DNA of 64,000 nucleotides from Eledone cirrhosa (GCA_964016885.1 OZ024765.1:14446001-14510000); one strand, 5' to 3'; counted from the stretch's first letter, positions 1 to 12,682 are shown. Program-made: numbers and translations. Notes: generated by a model from the letters alone, not told the origin.

Positions 1-40
1 TTCCAACCCGCCCGTCCCCTCAATCTATCTAATTTCTCAT

Positions 41-80
41 TCTTCCATCTGATGAAGGACTAGCATCCGAAACGTTAAGA
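41..80 (+). ncRNA. Minimal hammerhead ribozyme motif (Penelope-like 3' region)
   Basis: CTGATGA(49-55)-aGGActagcaTCC-GAAA-CGTTA; stem I is weak. Confidence 0.5.
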
Positions 81-595
81 CCCTCTTCCCGCTATATCAA
101 GCGTTAACCTAATATATCCCTTCCATACACTGTACTGATTGTGTTATTATTTCTGTTTACCTTTTATATATATATAAATTTTTTAATCTTGATGGTATAG
201 TCACTTATATACAGTCATAATTTTCAACAAACAAAGGGAGTGCTAAGCTCTGAGGAATACCAACAGCTTATCTCCCTTTGTTTGTTGAAAAAAGAAGTAA
301 GCGACATAGTCACTACTTTAAAACAATAGCGTAAGGTCTTCAAAATGCTTTTAATTAAGCATACAGTGTATTGCAAAATACACTATATATCATCATCATT
401 TCATCATTTCTTTTTAACGTCCGCTTTTTCCCTGCTTGCAAGGGTGGGACGGGAACTGATTCTGGCTTGATTTCTACAGCTGGATGCCCTTCCTAACACC
501 AACCTCATTTACAGTGAGTGCTGGATGCTTTTTTTTTGCCGTGGCACCTCCACGACCACTTTGCAGTGGAATGATAGGGACCCCAGTCCCTATCA

Positions 596-739
596 TCTCA
601 TTTCTACAGCCGAGTAAACTGGAGCAATGTGAAATAAAGTGTCTTGCTCAAGGAAACAACACATCACCCGGTCTGAGAATTGAACTCACAACCTTTCGAT
701 TGCAAGGCCAATGCTCTAACCACTAAGCTATGTGCCTCC
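596..739 (-). mobile_element. Second tRNA-derived SINE family (CORE/V-like domain); copies at 13517-13640, 21206-21347, 33989-34148(+), 35255-35467, 41005-41139
   Basis: Head like TGGCTTAGTGGTTAGAGC..GTGAGTTCAATTC, then ccttgagcaagacactttatttcac.ttgctcc. Confidence 0.6.
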
Positions 740-752
740 ATCTATATATACA

Positions 753-783
<31 letters not shown>

Positions 784-787
<4 letters not shown>

Positions 788-1720
788 TCTACTTTTGGCA
801 CAAGGCCAGCGATTACCCCCAGTGCACCACTGGTACTTTATTTTATCGACCTCGTAAGGATGAAAGGCAAAGTTAACCTCAGCGGATTTGAACTCAGAAC
901 GCAAAGGGCCATAACTATGTTGCAAAGCATGGTGTCTGACGCTCTACCGATACTGCCAAACCATTCTGTCAATATAAATACATCACAAGTCTAAACACCT
1001 AAAGATACATGTATGTGTGTATGTGTTCTTTCTTGAACATGGCGGCAGACCTTGTTGTCTCTTGAGGTCACTGCTTGTGACTTGGTGATAACTCGTATGA
1101 ACATAAAGCAAGATAATAATAATAATTGTTTCTACTTTTGGCACAAGGCCAGCAATTACCCAGTGCATTACTGGTACTTTATTTTATCGACCCTGTAAGG
1201 ACGAAAGGCAAAGTTAACCTCGGCGGGATTTGAACTCAGACCGTAAAGGGCCGTAAATCTGTGCTGCAAAGTATGGCGCCCGACTCTCTAAATAATAATA
1301 ATAATAATAATAATGATTTCTTTATTGGCCACAAGGGCTGACATCAAGAAAAACATTACAGACGACACAGGATGATACGATGTGGGTTTTGTGCGTGTAA
1401 AGATTTTTTATTATTTATATAAGAAAAGAAAAAAAAGACATAGGAAACATATATATATATAATAATAATAATTATTTCTACTTTTTGGCACAAGGCCAGC
1501 AATTATCCCAGTGCATTACTGGTACTTTATTTTATCGACCCTGTAATATATATAATTGTTTCTACTTTTGGCACAAGGCCAGCAATTACCCAGTGCATTA
1601 CTGGTACTTTATTTTATCGACCCTGTAAGGATGAAAGGCAAAGTTAACCTCGGCGGGATTTGAACTCAGATCGTAAAGAGCTGTAACTCTGTGCTGCAAA
1701 GTATGGCGTCCGACTCTCTA
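784..1720 (-). mobile_element. Cluster of four copies/fragments of the same Deu/Nin-like SINE (further minus copies at 9528-9716, 14461-14648, 38971-39128, 41889-42037, 42601-42822, 52750-53280)
   Basis: Reverse complement of 4686-4872, usually next to (AAT)n. Confidence 0.7.
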
Positions 1721-1740
1721 AATAATAATAATAATAATAA

Positions 1741-2247
1741 TGCTTTCTTTATTAACCACAAGGGTTTACACAAAGTAGACATTAAGGACAGTACAGGACA
1801 ATACAGGACGGTACAAATGGGCATTTTTGATGTGTAAAAAAACAAAAAAATAGAGGATGTAATAATAGAACAATGAAAAAATTCCCCAATAGGGGGGGAG
1901 ACTTCCGAGGGACATTTGTGGAGAAAGCCCATTAAAAAGCCACAGTGACCCTGACCACCAGGGCAAGTGCCCTCTCCCAGTTTTCCACCTTTAATTTACA
2001 GACACATACTCAGAGTAGGCCCATTCACTCAGGCCATACTTGCCTCTCTCACCCATCTTTCAACAAAATGCTGGGAAGAGAGCACTTCCCTCTCTACCCT
2101 GATTTTCCTTTTCAAATGAAAACAAAAAAAACAGAGGATGTAATAAAAGAAACATGAAAAAATTCCCCAATAGGGGGGAGACATCCGAGGGCCATCTTGG
2201 AGAAAGCCCATTAAAAAAAGCCACGGTGACCCTGACCCCCAGGGCAA
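1741..2247 (-). mobile_element. Unclassified LINE-like 3' UTR repeat (fragments also at 1318-1400, 8686-8815, 9056-9240, 9777-9935)
   Basis: Recurrent ..cccttgtgg.caataa(ag) end followed by (TTA)n; internal duplication 1843-1967 / 2124-2247. Confidence 0.45.
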
Positions 2248-2282
2248 ATAATAATAATAATAATAATAATAATATTACTCAC

Positions 2283-2396
2283 AGATTTTCCAGTAAACTT
2301 TAACTTTTAAACTCCCTGATTGGAAATAAGGTCTCCCGACTGTTAAATTATATACTTTAATATTATGTTGACTTTTTAAATCGAGAGCATCACTTT
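2283..2396 (-). CDS. ANOS1: Anosmin-1-like exon, start of FN3 repeat 3 (SDALDLKSQHNIKVYNLTVGRPYFQSGSLKVKVYWKI)
   Basis: 114 bp, ttttcag acceptor and T/gtgagt donor, phase 1 to 1. LTVGRPYFQSGSLKVKVYWK matches anosmin [20 protein letters not shown]. Confidence 0.9.
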
Positions 2397-2611
2397 CTGA
2401 AAATAGCAGAAATAAATGAGAAAGAGAACATTATTATCTTCTACTCCACATCATCATCATCATCATCATCATCACTATCAGCATCATCACCACCATCACC
2501 CTCATCAACACTATCATCATCATCTTCATCATTGCCATCATCACTATGAACATCATCACCACCACCATCACCCTCATCAACACCATCAGCATCATTACGA
2601 TCACCACCACT

Positions 2612-2642
<31 letters not shown>

Positions 2643-2762
2643 CCTTCCTCATCATCACTGTTACATATATATATATATGCTATATATATATATGGTATAT
2701 ATATATATATATATATATGCTATATATATATATGCTATATATATATATATATGATATATATA

Positions 2763-2960
<198 letters not shown>

Positions 2961-3013
2961 CATATATGCTATATATATATATGATATATATAGCATATAT
3001 ATATATATATATA

Positions 3014-3049
<36 letters not shown>

Positions 3050-3051
3050 CA

Positions 3052-3090
<39 letters not shown>

Positions 3091-3291
3091 CATATATGCT
3101 ATATATATATATATGCTATATATATATATATATGCTATATATATATATATATGCTATATATATATATATGCTATATATATATATATATATATATATATCA
3201 TTGAAACAGCCCAACCTGCCAGCTCACAGCAGTGATCTGTATAGAAGTATAGAAATGTATATAATATAAATGCATTCATATATATACACAC

Positions 3292-3336
<45 letters not shown>

Positions 3337-3356
3337 CAAAAATATTAATGTAACTT

Positions 3357-3398
<42 letters not shown>

Positions 3399-3471
3399 AG
3401 CAAAAATATTAATGTAACTTTATATCTATATATATAATGCTATATAAATGGTATGATATCACCATACTTAC

Positions 3472-3544
3472 TGTCTGTAACCATTTGCATGGATTCTTTA
3501 GTACTTCTATAGCGTTTCTTACCAACCTGAACTATTGCTTGAAC
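3472..3544 (-). CDS. ANOS1: Anosmin-1-like exon (VQAIVQVGKKRYRSTKESMQMVTD)
   Basis: 73 bp, ctctag acceptor and A/gtaagt donor. Matches anosmin QAI...G..R.KS.K.S....T. Confidence 0.86.
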
Positions 3545-3638
3545 CTAGAGAAGAGAAGATTATCAGAATTACAGATTAATGGATTAGTGGGCATATATGT
3601 ATAACTATATCTGCACATACAATGTTTTATGAACACCC

Positions 3639-3671
<33 letters not shown>

Positions 3672-3681
3672 CATACATATA

Positions 3682-3723
<42 letters not shown>

Positions 3724-3988
3724 CCCTAAGGACAGACACTGGTCTGTTGGAGACGCAGGACATGGCAGCGATAATGAGGGACAGAGACCGCTGGAGAGAA
3801 CTCGTCCATGGATCTCGGGAATTTTACCCGCCTTAGATAGATAGATAGATATATATATATTTATGCATGTATGTATGGATGGTCTTGTAATTCCTGATAG
3901 ATTCGTAGGGGTGCCATATATACATATGGCGTTTCTTGGGCATTTAATGCCTGGCAGGTATACACATAAAACCGTCTCTCTTATTTTA

Positions 3989-4036
<48 letters not shown>

Positions 4037-4177
4037 TTCTATGTTATGCTCATAACTAATTCTAATTTTCAATTTCTGTTTGACCGGCAACCGCTCTGTA
4101 TAATCAGTTCCTGATTATTACTAGAAATTCTATAAGAATCAAACATTCATGATTTTCAGCAAACAGGTGGCGTACTT

Positions 4178-4223
4178 GGCTTTGATAAGTACCAATCAGT
4201 ACGAAACATAGCTCTGTCAGCTT
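4178..4223 (+). ncRNA. Type I hammerhead ribozyme with U3-A8 variant core
   Basis: GGCT-TTGATAA-GTACcaatcaGTAC-GAAA-CATAGCTCT-GTC/AGCT; all three stems can form. Confidence 0.65.
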
Positions 4224-4398
4224 TATCTCCCCCTGTTTGCTGAAAATTTAAAGTAAGTGAGACTGTCACTACTCTAAAACAATAGCATAAGCTCTTCGAA
4301 ATGCTTTTAATTAAGCATACAGTGTATTGCAAAATACACTATATATACATTCATATATATATAGCTATTTTAGAGCGCCAATTCTAATATATATATAT

Positions 4399-4457
<59 letters not shown>

Positions 4458-4685
4458 GAAGCTTTCGCCGTATTTATTGATGAAAGAAACTTTAGCCAGA
4501 TAGTGGGGCTTAGAAACCCTCTAATTTATTATTCTGAAACTGCAAATTTTCACAAGAATCTGTCCACTATGAATGATACTATAAACATTTGAATTAACAA
4601 ACCATATCAAACCAAATTGGCAAGAAATTCTTGAAGAGTACAAAGCAGTAAGTACTATGATTTCATCATATTAAATATTCAAGAC

Positions 4686-4872
4686 TGCGGTGGATTGGCA
4701 GTATCGGTAGAGGGTCGGACGGCATGCTTTCCAGCATAGTTACGTCCCTTTACGATCTGAGTTCAAATCCCGCCGAGGTTGACTTTGCCTTTCATCCTTA
4801 CGGGGTCGATAAAATAAAGTACCAGTAATGCACTGGGTAATTGCTGGCCTTGTGCCTAAAGTAGAAACAATT
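4686..4872 (+). mobile_element. tRNA-derived SINE with Deu/Nin-like central domain (full copy)
   Basis: A box TGGCAGTATCGG, B box GAGTTCAAATCC, then cctttcatcc..ggggtcgataaaataaagtaccag. Confidence 0.7.
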
Positions 4873-5184
4873 AAATATTCAAGACTTTGCTATAATATTG
4901 CAGATTTTCCTAATGATTGCCTGTCCAGTAGTAAAAGTACTATAAACATTTGAATTAACAAACCACAAGAAACGATATTAGCAAGACATTATTAACAAGT
5001 ACAAAACTCCAATATTACAGATTTTCAAGATGATCTGTCAACTAGGAAGGGTACCATAAACATATTGAATTAACAAAACCCATATTTTTATAAGAATCGT
5101 ATGGCAGTCACATAAAACATTTTCTTCTGAGCTAACCTGAGACTTTAAAAGTTGCTAAGGGGTTAAATAGTTTCAATAGCTCAC

Positions 5185-5241
5185 CTGTACTAAATATTGA
5201 GTATTGGGATCAAGGTCCTTCAGTGTTAAACTATGACGGTC
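5185..5241 (-). CDS. ANOS1: Anosmin-1-like exon (DRHSLTLKDLDPNTQYLVQ)
   Basis: 57 bp, ttaccag acceptor and CAG/gtgagc donor. FN3 L.L..L.P.T.Y.V motif. Confidence 0.88.
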
Positions 5242-5851
5242 CTGGTAAAGAAGAAGACAAAGAAATGTGAAATGAAAATGATGTCAAAATACAGTGAGTA
5301 AAAGAGAACGAGAATAGTATATATCATCATCATCGTTTAATGTCCATCTTCCACGCTAGCATGGGTTAGGCGGGAATTGTCCCATTTGAGGCAAGATTGG
5401 TCGGGTGACCGTGTCTCGCTCATATAGGACTGTCTGGTAGGTTTTCTACGGCTGGATGCCCTTCCTAACACCAACCACATTTACAGTGTGGATGGGAGCT
5501 TTTTACCGTGTTACCTACACGGCCACATTACAGCATGGACTGTGTGTTTTTTTTGTTGTGACACCTACACAACCTCTTTAGTTTGGACTGGATGTTGTGG
5601 TACCAACATAACTTTACAGAGAAAGGGTGGGGTTGGCTGGAGTGGGAGGGTGGAGTAGGGGTAGTGAGTTGGGGTGTATGTTTGGTTTAGAGGGGCCTAC
5701 TGACTGTAGGTTAACTTTGCACGTAGGCAACGTGGGTCTTCTGTATTACTGCGTGGCACCAAAGATCTCAATCCAGTGACATTGTCTTAGAGAGGTGCAA
5801 GTATGCAAGGTCGGAATTTATCAAGTTGTCCCAGGTCTCTCTGTCTCTCTA

Positions 5852-5906
<55 letters not shown>

Positions 5907-5974
5907 ATATTATATATTTTTTTCAGGGTATGTCAATATTTATTTATATTTATTTATAAAACTAATCTGTATTG

Positions 5975-6040
5975 TATTTTATCTGATGAAAGCGCACCAT
6001 AATTTGCCTTGGTGGCCCTTGAAATAAGTATAATAAAATA
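5975..6040 (+). ncRNA. Type I hammerhead ribozyme motif (family also at 16718-16782 and 50161-50300)
   Basis: attttat-CTGATGA-aag..cacca..tggtg..ctt-GAAA-taagt-ATA/ataaaat. Confidence 0.6.
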
Positions 6041-6188
6041 AATATGGTTTTATAAATTTAGTTTGCATTTGTTAATATATTGTATATTTACTCCAATAAT
6101 TTGTTGAGTGCTTTATATCAGTTATAAAAATATGTTTAAGCTTGTTACATATACATATATATATATATACATATATATATACATATAC

Positions 6189-6220
<32 letters not shown>

Positions 6221-6380
6221 ATACATATGTATATACATATATATATATACATATACATATATATATCCGTCCAAACCCATGCAAGCGTGGAAGATGGATG
6301 TTAAACGATGATGATGATGATACATATACACATATAATATATATACATATACATATATATATATTCATATACATATATAC

Positions 6381-6412
<32 letters not shown>

Positions 6413-7540
6413 AAATATATATATATACATATATATATATACATATACATATATACATATATATATAAATGGAATAGAATGAAACGAAATTTCATTCTCA
6501 CTCTTAGTACGGCACTTACTTAAATGTAAGTATGTATGTATGTTTACGTACATACATATATGTATACAGACGTACAGTAGTATGTATATATATATACATA
6601 CAAGCACACATATATATATATATATATGCACGTATCGGTTTACTGAACATTTATTATAATGCTCGGTTTATTTGTTTGTAAACAAACAAACCAGAATTAC
6701 GCCATACAGTGTTTAGGCAACCACGTCACCTTTTTGTTCAACACTGACACAGGAACGATGTACTAGTTTCAAGCTTATTACCTATCGTCAGCATCGTATA
6801 CCTTCCTGCCAGATAGTTGAACATCTGAAAGTATATACTTTCCTTATGCATATTAACGGCTGAGCAGCCTAATTTGCATATCGAGTGAGTTCAGTCGGCC
6901 GAGCACATTTTGACCAGATAAAAATGAATATTGCTCTATTGAAACTCAACATTTACAAATTTATTTTAGAAAAATTCTTAATAAGAATGCCAACAATTTT
7001 TGAACTATTAACTCTAAAATCAATTAACACTATTTTTTTTTCCAAACCACGATATTGTTGATACAGTTTATTAACCATAAAATTTTATTGTGAACTCTTA
7101 AACATAAAGAAATATATATATTTCTTTCATATTGCCCAATTTTTGAACTGTTTTCATGAATGTAAACTTTTATTGCGATATCTTCATGAAAGATTTATGT
7201 ATTATCTGTTCTAAATATTATTTAGAGTTGATTGTGTCAGCATTTAAATAAACTCTGATGACACCCATCGTATAATTAGGAGTGTGTGTGATATACAGTT
7301 AGATAGATAGATAGATAGATAGAATTATATAGAAAGAGAGATAGAGAGATAGATAGATACAACTATATAGAAAGACAATGACACTGGATCGAGATCTTTG
7401 GCACCATGCAGTTATACAGAAGACTCGACTGCCATTGCATACAAACCTACAGTCAGTAGGCAGCTCTTAACTCAATGTATACCCCACACACTCTTACCCC
7501 ATCCTCCCTTTCCCGTTCCATCCACTGTGTCATGACACAA

Positions 7541-8384
7541 CAGTCCACACTGTAAGGTGGTCGTGTAGGAGACACGGTAAAAAGGCTCCCAGTCCACACT
7601 GTAAGGTGGTCGTGTAGGAGACACGGTAAAAAGGCTCCCAGTCCACACTGTAAGGTGGTCGTGTAGGAGACATGTAAAAAGGCTCCCAGTCCACACTGTA
7701 AGGTGGTCGTGTAGGAGACACGGTAAAAAGGCTCCCAGTCCACACTGTAAAGTGGTCGTGTAGGAGACACGGTAAAAAGGCTCCCAGTTCACACTGTAAG
7801 GTGGTCGTGTAGGAGACACGTAAAAAGGCTCCCAGTCCACACTGTAAGGTGGTCGTGTAGGAGACACGGTAAAAAGACTCCCAGTCAACACTGTAAGGTG
7901 GTCGTGTAGGAGACACGGTAAAAAGGCTCCCAGTCCACACTGTAAAGTGGTCATGTAGGAGACACGGTGAAAAGGCTCCCAGTCCACACTGTAAAGTGGT
8001 CGTGTAGGAGACACGGTAAAAAGGCTCCCAGTTCACACTGTAAAGTGGTCGTGTAGGAGACACGGTGAAAAGGCTCCCAGTCCACACTGTAAAGTGGTCA
8101 TGTAGGAGACATGGTGAAAAGGCTCCCAGTCCACACTGTAAAGTGGCCATGTAGGAGACATGGTGAAAAGGCTCCCAGTCCACACTGTAAAGAGGTTGAG
8201 TAGGAGACACGGTAAAAAGGCGCCCAGTCCACACTGTAAAGTGGTCATGTAGGAGACATGGTGAAAAGGCTCCCAGTCCACACTGTAAGGTAGTCATGTA
8301 GGAGACACAGTAAAAAGGCTCCCAGTCCACACTGTAAGGTAGTCATGTAGGAGACACTGTGAAAAAGCTCCCAGTCCACACTGT
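7541..8384. repeat. 49-bp minisatellite, about 17 copies, expanded inside a dispersed repeat
   Basis: Unit cccagtccacactgtaaggtggtcgtgtaggagacacggtaaaaaggct. Confidence 0.9.
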
Positions 8385-8945
8385 TAATGTGGTTGGTGTT
8401 AGGAAGAGCATCCAGCCATAGAAAACCTGCCAGATACACTTCCGTACGAGTGAGACATGGTCTCCCGACCATTCCCGCATTAAATGGAACAAAACCGTCT
8501 AACCCATGCTAGCATGGAAGATGGATGGTAAACGATGATGATGATAGATAGATAGATATTTAGAAATAGATAGATAGATAAATAGAGGAAGATAGATAGA
8601 TAAATAGATAGACAGATAGATAGATAGCTAGTTTGATAGACAGTTTGAGAGATATAGATATAAATAGATAGAGAGAGATATATTTCTTTATTTGCCACAA
8701 GTGCACACAAGAAAAGGGGAGACTACAAAGACATATGTCGGGGATTTTACATACAGTCGTGTAAAAAGATATTTTCAACAAACAAATTTAACAATCGAAA
8801 TCCCCAATAGGGGATAGATAGATAGAAATAGACGGATAGAGATAGAAAGATAGATATAAGACCCTGAGACACACAGCTAAAACTACTAGGGTTGTCACTG
8901 TACTGTTTGACTTAAGTTAAAATATATTTCAAAGGTAATACTTAC

Positions 8946-9011
8946 TCCATGAACAGATTTTTGATGCTGTTCAATATCTGCAAACTTAGACATTGTTTTT
9001 CTATAAAACAC
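8946..9011 (-). CDS. ANOS1: Anosmin-1-like exon (VFYRKTMSKFADIEQHQKSVHG)
   Basis: 66 bp, caacag acceptor and GGA/gtaagt donor, phase 0 to 0. Fills the YK-VF...G segment of FN3 repeat 2. Confidence 0.8.
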
Positions 9012-9020
9012 CTGTTGGAA

Positions 9021-9055
<35 letters not shown>

Positions 9056-10215
9056 TTTCTTTATTAACTACAAGGGTTTACATAAAGTACACATTAAGGA
9101 CAGTGCAGGACAATACAGGACGGTACTAATGGGCATTTCTGCGTGTAAAAAACAAAAACAGAGGATGTAACAAAAAAATAACAATGAAAAATTCCCCAAT
9201 AGGGGGGAGACTTCGGAGGGACATTTGTGGAGAAAGCCCAGGACTTAAAGTGGGAGGTTAAAAGGATTTGGAACTGCCATGAAGTCAGAGTCATCCCGAT
9301 TGTCATAGGCGCACTAGGTACTATCTCAAAGAGTTTCCAAGGATGGTTAAAGAAAATTAGTCCAGCCCCGGTTTTTGGAACACTTCAAAAGCATGCTTGC
9401 TGGGAACAGCAAGAACCCTCCGATACGTCCTGAATATCTGAGGCTGCAGGTAGCAGCTTGATATTCATTTTAACAAACTTTCCAGTTAAATAAGATCAAT
9501 GACTGAGACTCAAAGAACAATAATGATAATTGTTTCTAATTTTGGCACAAAGACAGCACTTACCCAGTACATTACTGGTACTTTATTTTATCGACCCTGT
9601 AAGGATGAAAGGCAAAGTTAACCTCGGCAGGATTTGAACTCAGATCGTAAAGGGCCGTAACTCTATACTGCAAAGCATGGCGTCCGACCCTCTACCGATA
9701 CTGGCAATCCACCGCCCTATACAAATAATTATATAATTATATAATTGTATAATTGTATAATAATAATAATAGTTTCAGTTATTGGCCACAAGGGCCAACA
9801 TATAGGGGACAATACAATAGATGGGGACAGTGAGGGTTTTACACAAAAATCGAGTAAAACAATAGGAAGGCAATAACAATAAACAAGATTAGCCGACAAC
9901 AACTGGGACCCCTTCCACTCCCAGGTGAAAAAAAAGTAATATCTGGATGGCCGTTGACTCTGCCGAGTTCCTCCACCCTCTGCCGGGTCTTGTATTTCCT
10001 CCTGCAGGGTTTCCAAATATCACCCTCTTCACCAAGCTAGCTTGGTGGGGTTGCCGGTTTAGTTGCCAACGACATGACCAAGAGACAGGTTGTACTGGAT
10101 TACATGTTACCAGTAGCACTCGAGAGTGACCCGACATACACACACATACACACACATAAACACACAGACTCAGACAAGGCCACATGACCACACACCAAAT
10201 AGAATACAGAGACAA

Positions 10216-10254
<39 letters not shown>

Positions 10255-10733
10255 AATAAGAAAACATTATAATCACTGACGATGTCACAGAAATGTGTGA
10301 CGAAAGAACTCTGCAAAAATATATTTATATTTGTATATTTTAAATTTCTTACTCTTTTACCAGTTCAAGCCATCAGGCTGAGGCCATGCTGGGGCACCGC
10401 CCTTGCTGCTACACATTCTATCTCCAGCCTGTGTTGGCTGGCCATTGATGTAAGAGGGAGTTCACTGCTGCTGACCTTAGGTTACCTTCGTATCATGCTG
10501 TGGGCTCATCCGGGATCCTGGATAGCAGAGTGTCGAGATCTCTCAAATCCCCAATTGTTGGTCAATTAGTGATAAACATTGATTACCAGCTAAATTATTT
10601 ATAGAAATATAAAGATATACTGACGTGAAAACCAACCCGAACCAAACAGTGAGTGTGTTTTACTATATATTTCTGGCAATATTAGAACAGCATGACCCTC
10701 CCCCAAACATAACCATTATATAACAACACTTAC

Positions 10734-10861
10734 TTTGTAACGAGTTATAGGAAAATCTAATTCAGCAGGTGGATCCCACTTCACTGTAACACGTTGTCTG
10801 TCTCGAACTGTTGTATTTTTTGTGACCCTGAGGTTTCTAGGTGGGTTTGGATCTCGGATCT
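10734..10861 (-). CDS. ANOS1: Anosmin-1-like exon, start of FN3 repeat 2 (EIRDPNPPRNLRVTKNTTVRDRQRVTVKWDPPAELDFPITRYK)
   Basis: 128 bp, tttcag acceptor and AAA/gtaagt donor, phase 1 to 0. Matches anosmin P.NLR...VT..WD.P.E.D.P...YK. Confidence 0.9.
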
Positions 10862-11115
10862 CTGAAACAGCAAAACACATATAAAAATGGGTTTGGATCT
10901 CGGATCTCTGAAACAGCAAAACACATATAAAAATATATCACCAAACAAAGAAACATATATTTCCCCTCTCTTAACATCTCTCACTCTCTAGCTTGTTCTC
11001 TTTTGGAAGAAGGACTAACATCTGAAACTTCTATCACAGTTTGTTATTTACCATTCATTTTCATCATAGTTTGTTTATCCCTGTTTATTTTCATTTTGAT
11101 ATACATATACATACA

Positions 11116-11152
<37 letters not shown>

Positions 11153-11834
11153 TCATCATCATCGTTTAACGTCCATATTCCATGCTTGCATGGGTTTTGA
11201 TGGGAGTTTTCCAACTTGAGGCAAGAGTGGTTGTCTTGCTCGCATAGGACTGTCTGGCGGGTTTTCTACAGCTGGATGCTCTTCCTAACACCAACCACAT
11301 TTACAGTGTGGAACTGGGAGGTTTTTATCGTGTTACCTACACGGCCACATTACAGCGTGGACTGTGTGTTTTTTTGTCGTGACACCTACACGACCTCATT
11401 TGTTTCGGCCTGGATGTTGTGGTACCAACATATATATATATATATATATATGTCGTTTTTACGTCCGTTTTACTGCACTTGCATGGGTTGATATCATCAT
11501 TTAACGTCCATTTTCCATGCTAATATGAGTTAGGTTGTCCCATTAGAGGCAAATTGGGTCAGGTAACTGTGTCTTGCACATACAGGACTGTTTATATATA
11601 TATATATATATATATAAATAGGGAGACACACAGCAGGATTTGTTTACAAACAGCTAGCGAATTTGAAAATTAGGTAGTAACATGTGCTTACGCCGTATTT
11701 GACTAAATAGAATTAGTGTTAGTTTGGATTTTAAAAAACCCTCTGAATATAAAAAAGTATTTGAACATATCAATGAATTAACAAGGTAAAATCTATTACA
11801 GCATTATGTTTTCCTGTTTTTTCTGTTCAAGTTT

Positions 11835-11895
11835 TAACTGTCTGATGAGGTCATAGCTGTTGAACAATGGCTATCACTGAAATATATATAGCAAC
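11835..11895 (+). ncRNA. Hammerhead ribozyme motif
   Basis: CTGATGA(11842)-ggt catagctgtt gaac aatggctatc act-GAAA-tatata; long stem II, imperfect stem I. Confidence 0.5.
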
Positions 11896-11947
11896 AAATA
11901 TGAATAAGCAAAGTTAATTTTAACCTGTGGACTTACACTTCTTGTTT

Positions 11948-11990
<43 letters not shown>

Positions 11991-12164
11991 AAAAGAGTCA
12001 GAACGCTAACGGCTGAGCTCCGGTCGTTTCAGATCTAGCTGTTGAAATGGCTGGAGCTCAGCCATCAGCATCCTGACTCTTTTCCTATCACCCACTCTAC
12101 TACCCTAAGTATTGAGTACTCTGGTTTGTTATAGAACACCTGGTTTCTTGCCACACTTTCTTTG

Positions 12165-12206
<42 letters not shown>

Positions 12207-12379
12207 GGGGTAACAAATTATTGTTATAGGTAGTCCACTTAAGTGTAGTCCAGTTATGGTACTCCGGGTAGTGGATGATATCAACGCTTGGCTAAGTTTG
12301 ACTCAACAAGGCGTTTCCATAGAGATCTTGCGAGTACGCTGTAATTCCTATGTTGTAAACACTTGAAGTAATGATAAAT

Positions 12380-12678
12380 CAGGAAAGAAGAGTGACACGG
12401 TTTGATATACAAAAAAGGTTTTTAATCTCATTGCTGACAATTGTTTCTCTGAACTGATAGGTCTAGAGATGGCTACCCACCTGTTTTCACGTTATTCGAT
12501 CACCAATACAAAGTTATAACCAGTCAATTCATCGGAGCTTGTGAGAAGCATTCTCACAAGCTCCGATGAATTCTACCCAAGCGGGTAGCGATCTCTAGAC
12601 CTACTAGTTCAGAGAAACAATTGTCAGCAATGAGATTAAAAACCTTTTTTGTATAGCAAACCATGTCACTCTTCTTTC

Positions 12679-12682
<4 letters not shown>
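12380..12682. mobile_element. Fold-back (inverted repeat) Penelope-like fragment with degenerate hammerhead
   Basis: Arms at about 12380-12478 and 12583-12682; gct-CCGATGA...GAA-ACAATTGT-C/agc on +. Confidence 0.5.

Noticed and set aside
2416-2754. Poly-His ORF, and mucin- or extensin-like ORFs at 45435, 51995 and 56247
   Set aside because: Trinucleotide repeats without splice or codon evidence; the first lies in an anosmin intron.
6782-6824. Possible 43-bp minus-strand cassette exon (ttcag...gtaata)
   Set aside because: Would frameshift between two phase-0 exons that already join sensibly; no FN3 similarity.
7472-8330. 180-266 aa repetitive ORFs; superficially CRISPR-like periodicity here and at 54955-56345
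   Set aside because: Head-to-tail minisatellites with no unique spacers and no cas genes; eukaryotic DNA.
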